From Balanoglossus misakiensis (lineage: Eukaryota; Animalia; Hemichordata): a DNA stretch of 64,000 nt. The stretch covers positions 3,950,831 through 4,014,830 of the forward strand of contig CM082578.2 of the NCBI GenBank assembly GCA_040954595.2. Direction: 5' to 3'. Each line of letters opens with the position of its first letter. Within the stretch, counting starts at the first letter, position 1. A program made the position numbers and the translations under genes. The notes beneath the pieces were generated by a model, which worked only from the letters and a program-made list of their open reading frames with translations, was not told the DNA's origin and ran no database searches. Below are positions 11,901-23,200 of the stretch, piece by piece.

Positions 11901-13313
11901 ATATCTTCCTGCAAGTCTACGTTTTTTGTTCTCTCTATACAGTACATCTTCATGATATCTCTTTCTACTATCCGATTTTATGTTGTCTCTATATTCAGAA
12001 TTAGTCTGATAGCGTTCATATTGTTTAGATGCTTTAGAGCTCTTCAGACTACTGGGTACATTTAATTCATTCAATTTACCTCTTTCACTTTCATACTTTT
12101 CACGCCTGAGTTTCTTTTTCAACCGTTCACCAATGGCTCTACCGCGTTTCTTACTTCGTACTGGTGCGAAACACTGTGTTGCAAAAACGTCATCCAAATG
12201 GAACTCTTTTTTCAAACCAATTTGTTTTGAACACTCATTGTCTGTCACACCCATGCATTCTCCAGTTACATTTTCAATAGGGACAACTTCATTGCAATCA
12301 ATGTGTGTACAATGACAGGTTTCCAACTGTGGTGTCTTCACACACTCAACTACTTCATAATGGTTTCTATTGCGATGGTTCAGGTATATACCAACACCTC
12401 TATCAACATTGTTTTTATTGATTATATTACATGAATGTTTCCACCAACTATCGAAACTGTACACGAAAATATTTACATTGAAGAGATTTGTAGTGGCAAG
12501 GATTTCAGTTTCTGTAGCCCATGTGCCTAGATGATCCATTCTGGACTTCTCAATATAATCAGCAACTGATGTATATCCATCTAACCTTACCCAGCCTGAA
12601 TATACTTCCTCATTGGCTTTCAAGTGATTCACAATGGCCGTTCGAATGACTCCGTGATTTCGCTCAGTCCCACTTATACAATATGATAAGGACCTAAAAT
12701 AACAGTTACCATCACCAATTATTGACTTGTAATTACATGGGTCTCCAATTGTAACACTTCCAAGTTTATTTAAAATATCAATTTTATTTTTATCTACAAT
12801 ATCAAATTTGCAACACAGCTGTTCACATACATCAGAAGTAAGTGGAGAGAATGAATAAACACTGTCCTCTGTTCCACTACCAATATATAGGTCGTCCGAT
12901 GAATCATTGTCAAGACTATGTTGTTGCAGAATTTCATTACTTCCTTCAGTCTTATCAACACTTTGATTTTCAGTCTCAAATATCTCATTGTTGACTTTTG
13001 AACTTTCATTTTCTCTGTCACTTTTTCTGATTTTATCCATATTCCTGTTTTTAGAGAGGGCAGGCCCCTCTTTGAATTCATTTCTATTCCTGTTTTTAGA
13101 GAGGGCAGGCCCCTCTTTGAATTCATTATTATTCCTGTTTTTAGAGAGGGCAGGCCCCTCTTTGTATTCATTTCTATTCCTGTTTTTAGAGAGGGCAGGC
13201 CCCTCTTTGTGCTCTATAGCTATCCTGTTTTTCAAGAGGACAGGATCCTCAGACACAACAGTATCTTCATTCTTCTGACTCCTCTTCTTCCTCCAGTATC
13301 TACTGCGTGGCAT
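5796..13313 (-). CDS. Helentron transposase: OTU cysteine protease, Zn-finger, HUH Rep, PIF1-family SF1 helicase, APE endonuclease (~2505 aa)
   Basis: OTU IIGDGNCYFRSLS...WATETEI...NHY; CSVC/CHTC; Rep TWFCSFSAAD, VEFQQRGSPHTH, YIVSYISK; helicase GGAGTGKS, IIDEISMV, GDFYQLPPV, FPLKLAWACTVHKVQG, GQAYVALSRV; EN CLTETWL, VYRPP, GDFNED, IDHVY, SFH. No stops; first ATG (13313) follows acceptor TTGTTCCAG. Confidence 0.96.
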   Translation of the reverse strand: MPRSRYWRKKRSQKNEDTVVSEDPVLLKNRIAIEHKEGPALSKNRNRNEYKEGPALSKNRNNNEFKEGPALSKNRNRNEFKEGPALSKNRNMDKIRKSDRENESSKVNNEIFETENQSVDKTEGSNEILQQHSLDNDSSDDLYIGSGTEDSVYSFSPLTSDVCEQLCCKFDIVDKNKIDILNKLGSVTIGDPCNYKSIIGDGNCYFRSLSYCISGTERNHGVIRTAIVNHLKANEEVYSGWVRLDGYTSVADYIEKSRMDHLGTWATETEILATTNLFNVNIFVYSFDSWWKHSCNIINKNNVDRGVGIYLNHRNRNHYEVVECVKTPQLETCHCTHIDCNEVVPIENVTGECMGVTDNECSKQIGLKKEFHLDDVFATQCFAPVRSKKRGRAIGERLKKKLRREKYESERGKLNELNVPSSLKSSKASKQYERYQTNSEYRDNIKSDSRKRYHEDVLYRENKKRRLAGRYDHDLVYREVQKTVCAEQCLAKYEKVPLYREHKKSESAAQCVDKYKKDQTFREQKKRQSAAQCVDKYKKDQTFREQKKRQSAEQCVDKYKKDQTFREQKKRQSAAQCVDKYKKDETFREQKKRQCVDKYKKDQTFREQKKRQNAALCVDKYKKDQTFREQKKRQSAAQCVHKYKKDLEFREQKKRQTAAVFADKFQNDQKFREHKKSQNAAQFLDKYNRDEEFQNWTKKKCLERYQQDHVYKQTVLQRRRTERKVTKIEKGNIERVIIDFRNQISVGPNCVCSVCHRRLFRKQVIVCKMDNYVSKGGLCEMNANKCITQEYVHNCSELCIVDCPLKSSAASKLWICHTCHSKLLRAEMPVQAAANNLDVKPIPDELKCLNSLEQHLIALHIPFMKMMALPRGGQNGVHGPVVCVPSNIEKATSILPRGELEDQMIKVKLKRKLSYKGCYQYQFVNKGHIQNALEYLQKNNKWYNDVKFNLTWENTLEKTEEKSNGESNENTEEKLLDTDRNDVASDTENGNEPDGDTNGIFMDTCFQPVDIGQDILDYHFDDIACVAPGEDNKPVRVLMEKFNEAKCFPVIFPTGSPTFHDDREVKITIGRYLQSRLMNASNRFAKSTDYIFYAQYRSELDQVVSNVSIALRKGTANACGKKVTSDVLTDGDSLREILKCDEGYKFLKPVRGTPPYWQSTQKDLFAMIRQLGIPTWFCSFSAADLRWKEVIETILREEGDTRNAEDLDWSEKCGILRRNPVTAARMFDHRFHCFLNEVIMSPASPIGKIKDYFYRVEFQQRGSPHTHCLFWVENAPKVDKDSDEDVVEFVDRYVTCEMPSIEEDEVLHEIVKTVQKHSSRHSKSCKKKGTTCRFNFPRPPSNKTFICHPSVSIDTGIEVTDDDQCKDDRMSTSLESEFENSLLELDDTVLVQKKARQILERVWTCLCDKEKQIDTIDDLFNAVGISQEMFEQANAILAKKTSVVLKREPSDVWVNQYNTNLLRCWNANMDIQFVVDAYACVVYIVSYISKAEREMGLLLEHAQKEANKEGNMDAKSAMKELGGVYLHNREISAQEAVYRVCGLKLKQSSRKVQFIPTGENQIKMSLPLAAIQKKMKGDNLDEEEIWMNSIVDRYKNRPNGVDFDNMCLAKFCSEYRVVSKSEMKNVSNEKRHSPIVKLKNDVGYMQKRSISDGAVVRYARFSVTKCPEKHYGSILQLFLPYRTESQLKPSGFESFEDFYCLGAVKCGTASLEKVKMIVDANKALFETEADAIDAAGQFLDENGHLEDAWAQICPENELERLECIEEGKKCCDDDPVDDSDIPDLVKKPKGDDCHVELSNSMKKYEVEAMCRSLNKKQAEVFYTVRKWCLDKSNGKNPEPFYLFVTGGAGTGKSHLIKSIYHEAKRILARAMPDVDGISIALTAPTGVAAFNIQGTTLHHIFSIAVDSKLPYQPLREEKLNTLRCKFGNLQILIIDEISMVDKKLLYYVHGRLRQIKQSSAESPFGNVCVIAVGDFYQLPPVKASPLCIDRESVNLWNDNFSMVELTEIMRQKDCAFAEALNRVRVHKKGDTLNAGDVAMLQKCVTGETSEAMHVFATNAEVNSCNVEMLHSQCSDPVCIEAEDFSRNPKSGRLEKKEGHHVKVFRTTLPKTLTLAVGARVQLTHNIDVADGLVNGVFGTVCHIAVKPNEKFPAAIYVVFDNEKVGQGLRKKKPITISDLPVNSTPIEPQEMSVASNGGIRRQFPLKLAWACTVHKVQGLTVDKAVVSLKKMFAPGQAYVALSRVTTLDGLIINDFNKSSIYCNEKVQEALETMPKFLPKCTQKEHSNYTCSFVLHNVEGLVNHIKDICNDSEYLEADFICLTETWLSEKGTHCNLQLSGFEFNHQPRSQSYNQFDRNTSSLQLQQRGGVGVYSKLCNDFEILHLGVCNLECISFYVTKINVTVAVVYRPPSYKAEVFKKSLVCLVKAMEKYPGGKLIMGDFNEDILSRSSLVKFMEDHGFRQFVSEPTTEANTLIDHVYVKGIKYVTVNVVPKYFSFHEAISIKI
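11340..11810 (-). repeat. In-frame 66-bp coding minisatellite (DKYKKDQTFREQKKRQSAAQCV)
   Basis: About 7 near-identical 22-aa units, one with an in-frame 4-aa deletion, with degenerate flanking units. Confidence 0.9.
13040..13235 (-). repeat. In-frame 45-bp coding repeat (KEGPALSKNRNxNEx) x4
   Basis: CCTGTTTTTAGAGAGGGCAGGCCCCTCTTTG four times at 45-bp spacing. Confidence 0.9.
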
Positions 13314-13686
13314 CTGGAACAAAGCAAATATACTGTCTAGTTAGGTTTTTACTATCCTTTCACCACCACACTTCAGATAACCTTCTCATCAAATCACATC
13401 ACTAGTGATTATAACCAGTAAAAAGTAGTGGAACTTTTAACAGACAGAAGTGATTTATAGAAACTAAGTCCGAACAAAGTTGTAATTCAACAGCAACACA
13501 TAATACACACATATCCCCATGCCTGTATACAAATAGACACATATACACACAAAGTATCACAGACACACTTTTTTTCTGCTGGAAAACAGGATAAGGCTTA
13601 AATCCTGACCCCTGTATGACCTAACATTCTGGCATTCACATTAGAATGTGCTCAGACAAATCTCAGATCTGAGTGAAATTTTCTTT

Positions 13687-14960
13687 AAAAACCATTTCCA
13701 CCAGTTAGCAATATCAAGTCCAAGTACGATAGGCATACATGTATGAATTTGCACAGACATAAACAAATACACGGACACCCCAACATCCACCGTGTACAAC
13801 CAAAAAAGGCTTCAGACCTGACCCTGAATGACCCGACATTTTCCCATTTACGTTGCAATGTACTCAGCCAAATCTGAATAAAATTTCACTTCAAAACCAT
13901 TTCCACCAGTTAGCAATATCAAGTCCAAGTACGATAGGCATACATGTATGAATTTGCACAGACATAAACAAATACACAGACACCCCAACATCCACCGTGT
14001 ACAACCAAATAAGGCTTCAGACCTGACCCTGAATGACCCGACATTTTCCCATTTACGTTGCAATGTACTCAGCCAAATCTGAATAAAATTTCACTTCAAA
14101 ACCATTTCCACCAGTTAGCAATATCAAGTCCAAGTACGATAGGCATACATGTATGAATTTGCACAGACATAAACAAATACACGGACACCCCAACATCCAC
14201 CGTGTACAACCAAAAAAGGCTTCAGACCTGACCCTGAATGACCCGACATTTTCCCATTTACGTTGCAATGTACTCAGCCAAATCTGAATAAAATTTCACT
14301 TCAAAACCATTTCCACCAGTTAGCAATATCAAGTCCAAGTACGATAGGCATACATGTATGAATTTGCACAGACATAAACAAATACACGGACACCCCAACA
14401 TCCACCGTGTACAACCAAATAAGGCTTCAGACCTGACCCTGAATGACCCGACATTTTCCCATTTACGTTGCAATGTACTCAGCCAAATCTGAATAAAATT
14501 TCACTTCAAAACCATTTCCACCAGTTAGCAATATCAAGTCCAAGTACGATAGGCATACATGTATGAATTTGCACAGACATAAACAAATACACGGACACCC
14601 CAACATCCACCGTGTACAACCAAAAAAGGCTTCAGACCTGACCCTGAATGACCCGACATTTTCCCATTTACGTTGCAATGTACTCAGCCAAATCTGAATA
14701 AAATTTCACTTCAAAACCATTTCCACCAGTTAGCAATATCAAGTCCAAGTACGATAGGCATACATGTATGAATTTGCACAGACATAAACAAATACACGGA
14801 CACCCCAACATCCACCGTGTACAACCAAAAAAGGCTTCAGACCTGACCCTGAATGACCCGACATTTTCCCATTTACGTTGCAATGTACTCAGCCAAATCT
14901 GAATAAAATTTCACTTCAAAACCATTTCCACCAGTCAGCAATATCAAGTCCAAGTACAAT
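13687..14960. repeat. 205-bp tandem satellite, ~6 near-identical copies, in the putative 5'-UTR intron of the Helentron gene
   Basis: AAAACCATTTCCACCAGTTAGC recurs every 205 bp; diverged related flanks at ~13500-13686 and ~14960-15115. Confidence 0.95.
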
Positions 14961-15604
14961 GACAAGCATACATGTACGCATTCATACATACAGACACACA
15001 CACGGACAAATACACACACAGTATTCACTCACACCGCATTTCCCTCCTGAAGAACCTGATAAGGCTTGAATCCTGACCCTTGTATGACCTTACATCCTGG
15101 CATTTTCATTATGTACTCATACAAATCATAACATGATTGTTTTATACCTGATTTACACTTAGTAATTTAATATACAAGTTCGATGACAGGACAAGGACAT
15201 CAACAAACATACATCATACCAATGTTTTTTTGAAGCCATTGTTGTAAGTAATGGCACTATCCAATGGTCTTAACACCACATAGCACAATGATTGTTCTGC
15301 ACATACAAGTCCCTTCCTTTCTGATGTATTCAATAAACACCATTTCTATGAACTATTACAATATGTTTTTCTTCCGTCACCCCTGAATAACAAATTCATA
15401 GAAATGGGCTAGTGCTTTTACATGTTAACAGACGGTGCATGGAAGTGGACAATCATCCTATCTGATATTAAACCACAGTGTGACTGATAGTAGAACTAAG
15501 CAATTCCTCCGCAAATGATTTAAAAGGCTAATTCACATTTGACACAATGCACACCCGAGTGTGTTAATCTATGATACTATGCACTGTTGTGCACCAACAC
15601 TCAC

Positions 15605-15630
15605 CTTGAAAACTCTTTGGTAGCCAAAAT
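15605..15630 (-). other. Putative 26-nt non-coding exon of the Helentron transcript
   Basis: - strand: TTTTTTATTTTCTTGACAG|ATTTTGGCTACCAAAGAGTTTTCAAG|GTGAGT. Confidence 0.5.
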
Positions 15631-16816
15631 CTGTCAAGAAAATAAAAAAACCTGTTTAATTAACTAATTAACTATAAATATATATCTAAACTAGTACATT
15701 AAAATATACAATTGCCTACAAACAGGATAACAATTAACAATAAATTCACTGCCAAGCTTGTGATATTCAGAAATTCATATCTTGATCACAGTTTCCATAC
15801 AAATGGCACATACAGGTTACCACAGATTGATAACACAAATTGTCTTGCCCACAACGTAGTTTCATGGCATCAAAATATGTTAACAAGTCAACTGTTCTTT
15901 TCATGCTCCTGCCAGATTTCATTGTCTATGTTTTGGCACACCTGTCACACCAGAAAGCATACACACTAAAGACAGTGGTCACCAAAAATATTTGGCCAAT
16001 TCTCCACTTGTCCCCACATTTTTACAAACAACCAAAATGTCAAATAATCCAGCAATGTTTCTGTTTTGTACTCACACAGATCGTTCAATATTTGAAGCAA
16101 AATTCCTTTCAATTATAAAAAAAAACAAATCAATTTAACTGATAAAAATTACAATGATTACCCCTGGGCTTTTGATCACATAAACATACAATATTCACAG
16201 AAATAAATGCAGTATTTACGTATTTGGAAAAGCCAATCCATAAATACCACACAGTTTATTTTTTTTTACAAATATACATCCTAGAATTAATACTTTACCA
16301 ACGCTTGTACGTAACATACGCATGACACACCGATCGCCCGAATTCAACACTTCCGGTCACGAGATTCGCTTGCCTAAACCCTTTCCAGTCTAAATAATCA
16401 TTTGTACATTGACTGCAAAAAGAAGCTTATCTCGTAATTTCAACTTGAATGGAACCGAACGCACTAGAAACTCTGATTTACCCAGCCTCTAATTGTTCTA
16501 TTTAATCCAGCAAACTCCACCATCTCAACATATATAACATTTGCCAAAACATGCATGCTTACGGTACCATGGATTCTTTACATACAATAAGCAATCTCGA
16601 CATGTTACGATAGCCGCCATCTTGGATTTCGCTCGAGACGAAAATACAAAACATCTTACAAAACTGCCATCGTCTCACAAACAAACAAAATCACACTACC
16701 ATTGGTTAAACAACAACTTCATAACCAACACCACCAAGTATTATACGTTCAAACCACCGATTCTCTCATTCGTATCACATTTAAAAACAGCATGTGATTG
16801 TATACGTGTTACTCAC

Positions 16817-16933
16817 CGGATTCAGGTCAACGCCTCTGCTGGAGTCAGATTCGTTTTCGGATTCAAGTGCGTAGGATGAAGTTGCTTTCAGATTCATAAC
16901 CTATAGACGTGTTGGGTTAACACTCCTTTTATA
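16817..16933 (-). promoter_or_regulatory. Putative TATA box and first non-coding exon of the Helentron gene
   Basis: TATAAAAG at 16933-16926 (-), donor CCG|GTGAGT at 16817/16816; YY1-like AAGATGGCGGC (-) near 16620. Confidence 0.5.
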
Positions 16934-17216
16934 CAGCTCAATATATTGGTATATCCATACTACATCCTCTTCACAGTTAACGAATGTAATATACAGATCT
17001 GTTCACTTAAATAAAGATATGTTTATAGCCAAACAAATACCTCTGTCAAAACTTTCACTGATTCAGATGAAAATTTTCAACAATTTACAACCAATCCACA
17101 CATCACTAGTGACTATTAACCAATCACATAATGTGTCCATTCTAACTTTGTATTTCGCCCTCAACTACTGCATGTGTAATGATGCATGTGGATTAGTGTG
17201 TAATCACAATATTTTG

Positions 17217-20200
17217 TAGTCTACCTTCTGCCCATCATTTTTGTAATTGGACATTATGCTGTCCATGTTCCAGTTTTTTTGCCACAATTTTTACTAAGTT
17301 TGCCAAGAACATTGTCATTGGTCGAAGATTATGGCGGCCATATTGGATTTTCGAAAAACCATACTAAAACTCCAACAATCTTCTCCAGAACCAGCGATAA
17401 CTGAGTCGCAAGATTCGGGGAGTATGGTCACTACACTGATGTCTATCAAGTATACAAAGAGCATTGTGATTGGTCGAAAAATATGGCGGCCATATTGGAT
17501 TTTGTAAAAAGCAGTGAAAAATTGAAATTCCTTTTTCTAGTCTAGAAATTGATAGCATGCAAATTCTTTTTATGGATATCAATCGTCATATGACTAAAAT
17601 ATGTTACAAATTTTTGGTGATTTTTCACATGACCTTTGACCTACTTTTCACACATTATTATTTCTGCATATCTATTTCCAGGCTAACCTATAGGGATGCA
17701 TATATAGCTCATACTACCTGTTCTAAATGTACCAGAGTTCTGATTTTTGTGCACATTGGTATCGCCCCTGCCAGGACCTACCCCAAATATTTTGGTAATT
17801 TTGGCAATGACCTTTGACCTACTTTTGACACATCGTTTTTTTCTGCATATCTAATTCCAGGCTAACCTATAGGGCTATCATTTTGCTTTTTGATGTATGT
17901 GGATTTGTATGTGATAAAAAAATTTCGCTACTTTTCATGACCCCTTTGACCTCTGCTGACCTCATTAAATATGCGCATACCTAATTACAGATGCACCAAT
18001 AGACCTAGAGGTTTGGTTTTTGTTGGACATTGACCAGTATTGGGTCAAAATTTTTTGCCCAAATGTTGGGTGACCTCAGGTGACCTTTGACCTACTTAAC
18101 ACTATATCAACACCAAACATAGATATAACCTTGATATTTCATGGGATAAAACACAGCATTATGGTTCTACTCATTAATTATGTGCATATCTAATAATCTG
18201 ATCAGATAATAGAGCTTGGGCCCGGACAATGCTGCTTGCAGCTTTAATTTATTCTTGTGTCAATTCTTTGTCGCTCTAGATCTCAGACACCGCTGCAGGT
18301 ACACTTCTGAAACTTGCTACAGTGGTCAAGGTCAATGAGTAGTCGTGCATTGAACCTGTGAATTTTTAATTAGTCACGTGACCTGGCGGCCATCTTGGAT
18401 TTTCTAAAAAAATGCAAATCTCAGATCTCAGAAACTACAAGTCAGATCAACTTCAAATTTGGCATGCTGGTAGACTACCTCCTGCCCATCATTTTTGTAA
18501 TTGGAAATTATGCTGTCAATGTTGCAGTTTTTTTGCTACAATTTTTTTTCTGAAATCTGGCTTAAATTTCAAAAATCTTCTTCTCCAGAACCGGTGATAA
18601 CCGAGACATGGGGTTTGGGGTATGTGGTCACCTAACTGATGTCTATCAAGTTTGCGAAGATCATTGTGATTGGTCGAAGATTATGGCGGCCATATTGGAT
18701 TTTCGAAAAACCCTAGTAAAATTTCAAAAATCTTCTTCTCGAGAACCGGCGATAACCGAGTCACAAGATTTTGTGTGTGTGGTCATTCAACAGATGTCTA
18801 TCAAGTTTGCGAAGAGGAATGTGATTGGTCGAAGATTATGGCGGCCATATTGGATTTTGTGAAAAACGATTAAAAAGTAAAAATTCCCTTTCTAGCCTAA
18901 AAATTGATAGCACAGAAATTCTTTTTATGGATATGAATCATCATATGCCAAGAATAAGCTATAAATATTTTGGTAATTTTGGCAATGACCTTTGACCTAC
19001 TTTTGACGCATCATTTTTCTGCATATCTAATTCCATGCTAACCTTTAAGGCTATCATTTTGGTTTTTGATGTATGTGGATTCGTATGTGATCAAAAAATT
19101 TTGCTACTTTTCATGACCCCTTTGACCTCTGCTGACCTCATTAAATATGCACATACCTAATTACAGATGAACCAATAGACCTAGAGGTTTTGTTTTTGTT
19201 ATACATGGACAAGTATGGGGTCAAAATATTTTGCCCAAATGTTGGGTGACCTCGGGTGACCTTTGACCTAATTTCGCAAATCTCAGCATCCACAGCAGAT
19301 ACAGCCTTGGCGTTTGGAGGTATGGGGCCATAATGAAAAGCCAAAGTTTTGGGTCACCTGTGACACCTGCTTAACTCATTATTTATGTGCATACCTAATT
19401 CCGGGCTAACCAAAAGGGTTAGAGGTCTGGTTTTTGTTGGACATGGACCACTATGGGTCAAAATTTTCTGCCCAAATTTTGGATGACCTCAGATGACCTT
19501 TGACCTATTTTTGCATATCTCGGCATCCAAAGCAGGTACAGCCTTGGCATTTGGAGGTATGGGGCCATAATGAAAAGCCAAAGCCAAAGTTTTGGGTCAC
19601 CTGTGACACCTGCTTTACGCATTATTTATGTGCATACCTAATTCCAGGCTAACCAAAAGGGCTAGAGGTCTGGTTTTTGTTGGACATGGACCACTATGGG
19701 TTAAAATTTTCTGCCCAAATGTTGGGTGACCTCTGGGTGATCTTTGACCTACTTAACACTTTATCAGCACCAAACATAGATATAACCTTGATATTTCATG
19801 GGATAGAACAGCATTATGTTTCTACTCATTAATTATGTGCATATCTAATATCAGATCAGATAATAGAGCTTGGGCCCGGACAATGCTGCTTGCAGCTTTA
19901 ATTAGGGCCCAAGCCAAGCCAGGCTTGGGCCCTATTGGTTTCGTTGGAATTTTTCAGTCTTTCTTTCTTTAGGGCCCAAGCGCATACCAGCGCTTGGGCC
20001 CTATTGGTTTCGTTGGGGTTTTTCTGTCTTTCCTTCTTTCTTCTTTCTTCTTCTTTCTTTATTCTTGTGTCAATTCTTTGTCGCTCCAAATCTCAGACAC
20101 CACTGCAGGTACACTTCTCAAACTTGCTACAGTGGTCAAGGTCAATGAGTAGATGTGCATTGAACCCTTGAATTTTTAATTAGTCACGTGACCTGGCGGC

Positions 20201-23200
20201 CATATTAGATTTTCTGAAAAAATGCAAATCTCAGATCTCAGAAACTACAAGTCAGATCGACTTCAAACTTGGTGTGCAGGTAGTCTACCTTCTACCCATC
20301 ATTTTTGTAATTGGATATTTTGCTGTCAATGTTGCAGTTTTTTTGCTACAGTTGTTTTTCTGAAATCTGGTCAAAATTTCAAAAATCTTCTTCTCCAGAA
20401 CCGGCGATAACCGAGTCACGCGGTTTGGGGTATGTGGTTACCAAACTGAGGTCTATCAAGTTTGCGAAGATCATTGTGATTGGTCGAAGATTATGGCGGC
20501 CATATTGGATTTTCGAAAAACCCTAGTAAAATTTCAAAAATCTTCTTCTCAAGAACCGGCGATAACCGAGTCACAAGATTTGGTGTGTGTGGTCATTAAA
20601 CAGATGTCTATCAAGTTTGCGAAGATCATTGTGATTGGTCGAAGATTTTGGCGGCCATATTGGATTTTGTGAACAACGATTAAAAAGTAAAAATTCTGTT
20701 TCTAGCCTAAAAATTGATAGCACAGAAATTCTTTTTATGGATATGAATCATCATATGACAAGAATAAGCTATAAATATTTTGGTAATTTTGGCAATGACC
20801 TTTGACCTACTTTTGACGCATCATTTTTCTGCATATCTAATTCCAGGCTAACCAATAGGGCTATAAGTTTGGTTTTTGATGTATGTGGTTTTGTATGTGA
20901 TCAAAAATTTTTGCTACTTTTCATGACCCCTTTGACCTCTGCTGACCTCATTAAATATGCGCATACCTAATTACAGATGAACCAAATGACCTAGAGGTTT
21001 GTTTTTTTCTGGACATGGATCAGTATGGGGTCAAAGTATTTTGCCCAAATGTTGGATGACCTCGGGTGACCTTTGACCTACTTTTGCATATCTCGACATC
21101 CACAGCAGATACAGCCTTGGCGTTTGGAGGTATGGGGCCATAATGAAAAGCCAAAGTTTTGGGTCACCTGTGACACCTGCTTAACTCATTATTTATGTGC
21201 ATACCTAATTCCGGGCTAACCAAAAGGGCTAGAGGTCTGGTTTTTGTTGGACATGGACTACTTTGGGTCAAAATTTTCTGCCCAAATTTTGGGTGACCTC
21301 AGATGACCTTTGACCTATTTTTGCATATCTCGACATCCAAAGCAGGTACAGTCTGGGCATTTGGAGGTATGGGGCCATAATGAAAAGCCAAAGTTTTGGC
21401 TCACCTGTGACACCTGCTTTACGCATTATTTATGTGCATACCTAATTCCGGGCTAACCAAAAGGGCTAGAGGTCTGGTTTTTGATGGACATGGACCACTA
21501 TGGGTCAAAATTTTCTGCCCAAATTGTGGGTGACCTCTGGATGACCTTTGACCTACTTAACACTATATCAGCACCAAACATAGATATAACCTTGATATTT
21601 CATTTGCTAAAACACAGCATTATGTTTCTACTCATTAATTATGTGCATATCTAATAATCAGATCAGATAATAAAGCTTGGGCCCGGACAATGCTGCTTGC
21701 AGCTTTAATTCTTTCTTTCTTTCTTTATTCTTATGTCAATTCTTTGTCGCTCTAGATCTCAGACACTGCTGCAGGTACACTTCTCAAACTTGCTACAATG
21801 GTCAAGGTCAATCAGTAGTCGTGCATTGAACCCTTGAATTTTTAATTAGTCACGTGACCTGGCGGCCATATTGGATTTTCTGAAAAATTGCAAATCTCAG
21901 ATCTCAGAAACTACAAGTCAGATCTACTTCAAATTTGGTGTGCTGGTAGTCTACCTGCTACCCATCATTTTTGTAATTGAATATTTTGCTGTCAATGTTG
22001 CAGTTTTTTTGCTACAGTTGTTTTTCTGAAATCTGGTCAAAATTTCAAAAATCTTCTTCTCCAGAACCGGCGATAACCGAGTCACGCCGTTTGGGGTATG
22101 TGGTCACCTAACTGATGTCTATCAAGTTTGCGAAGATCATTGTGATTGGTCGAAGATTATGGCGGCCATATTGGATTTTCGAAAAACCATAGTAAAATTT
22201 CAAAAATCTTCTTCTCCAGAAGGGCGATAACCGAGTCACAAGATTTGGTGTGTGTGGTCATTAAACAGATGTCTATCAAGTTTGCGAAGGGGAATGTGAT
22301 TGGTCGAAGATTATGGCGGCCATATTGGATTTTGTGAAAAACGATTAAAAAGTAAAAATTCCTTTTCTAGCCTAAAAATTGATAGCACAGAAATTCCTTT
22401 TATGGATATGAATCATCATATGACAAGAATAAGCTATTAATATTTTGGTAATTTTGGCAATGACCTTTGACCTACTTTTGACGCATCATTTTTCTGCATA
22501 TCTAATTCCAGGCTAACCAATAGGGCTATAAGTTTGGTTTTTGAGGTATGTGGATTTGTATGTGATCAAAAACTTTTGCTACTTTTCATGACCCCTTTGA
22601 CCTCTGCTGACCTCATTAAATATGCATATACCTAATTACAGATGAACCAATAGACCTAGAGGTTTTGTTTTTGTTATACATGGACCAGTATGGGGTCAAA
22701 ATATTTTGCCCAAATGTTGGGTGACCTCGGGTGACCTTTTACCTACTTTTGCATATCTCGACATCCACAGCAGATACAGCCTTGGCGTTTGGAGGTATGG
22801 GGCCATAATGAAAAGCCAAAGTTTTGGGTCACCTGTGACACCTGCTTAACTCATTATTTATGTACATACCTAATTCTTGGCTAACCAAAAGGGCTAGAGG
22901 TCTGGTTTTTGTTGGACATGGACCACTATGGGTCAAAATTTTCTGCCCAAATTGTGGGTGACCTCTGGGTGACCTTTGACCTACTTAACACTATTTCAGC
23001 ACCAAACATAGATATAATCTTGCTATTTCATGGGATAAAACACAGCATTATGTTTCTACTCATTAATTATGTGCATATCTAATAATCAGATCAGATAATA
23101 GAGCTTGGGCCCGGACAATGCTGCTTGCAGCTTTAATTCTTTCTTTATTCTTATGTCAATTCTTTGTCGCTCTAGATCTCAGACACCACTGCAGGTACAG

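Larger units (their letters stand above)
3023..18249 (-). mobile_element. Autonomous Helentron (Helitron2-type rolling-circle transposon); left boundary not identified
   Basis: Rep-Hel-EN ORF; promoter region runs into a terminal body ending GCTTGGGCCCGGACAATGCTGCTTGCAGCTTTAATT at ~18249. Assignment of this tail to the element is inferred from adjacency. Confidence 0.75.

Noticed and set aside
11135-12004. 289-aa Cys-rich + strand ORF and 247-aa alternate-frame ORF
   Set aside because: Shadows of the 66-bp coding repeat.
13848-14883. Five near-identical 71-aa ORFs
   Set aside because: One per 205-bp monomer; no coding features.
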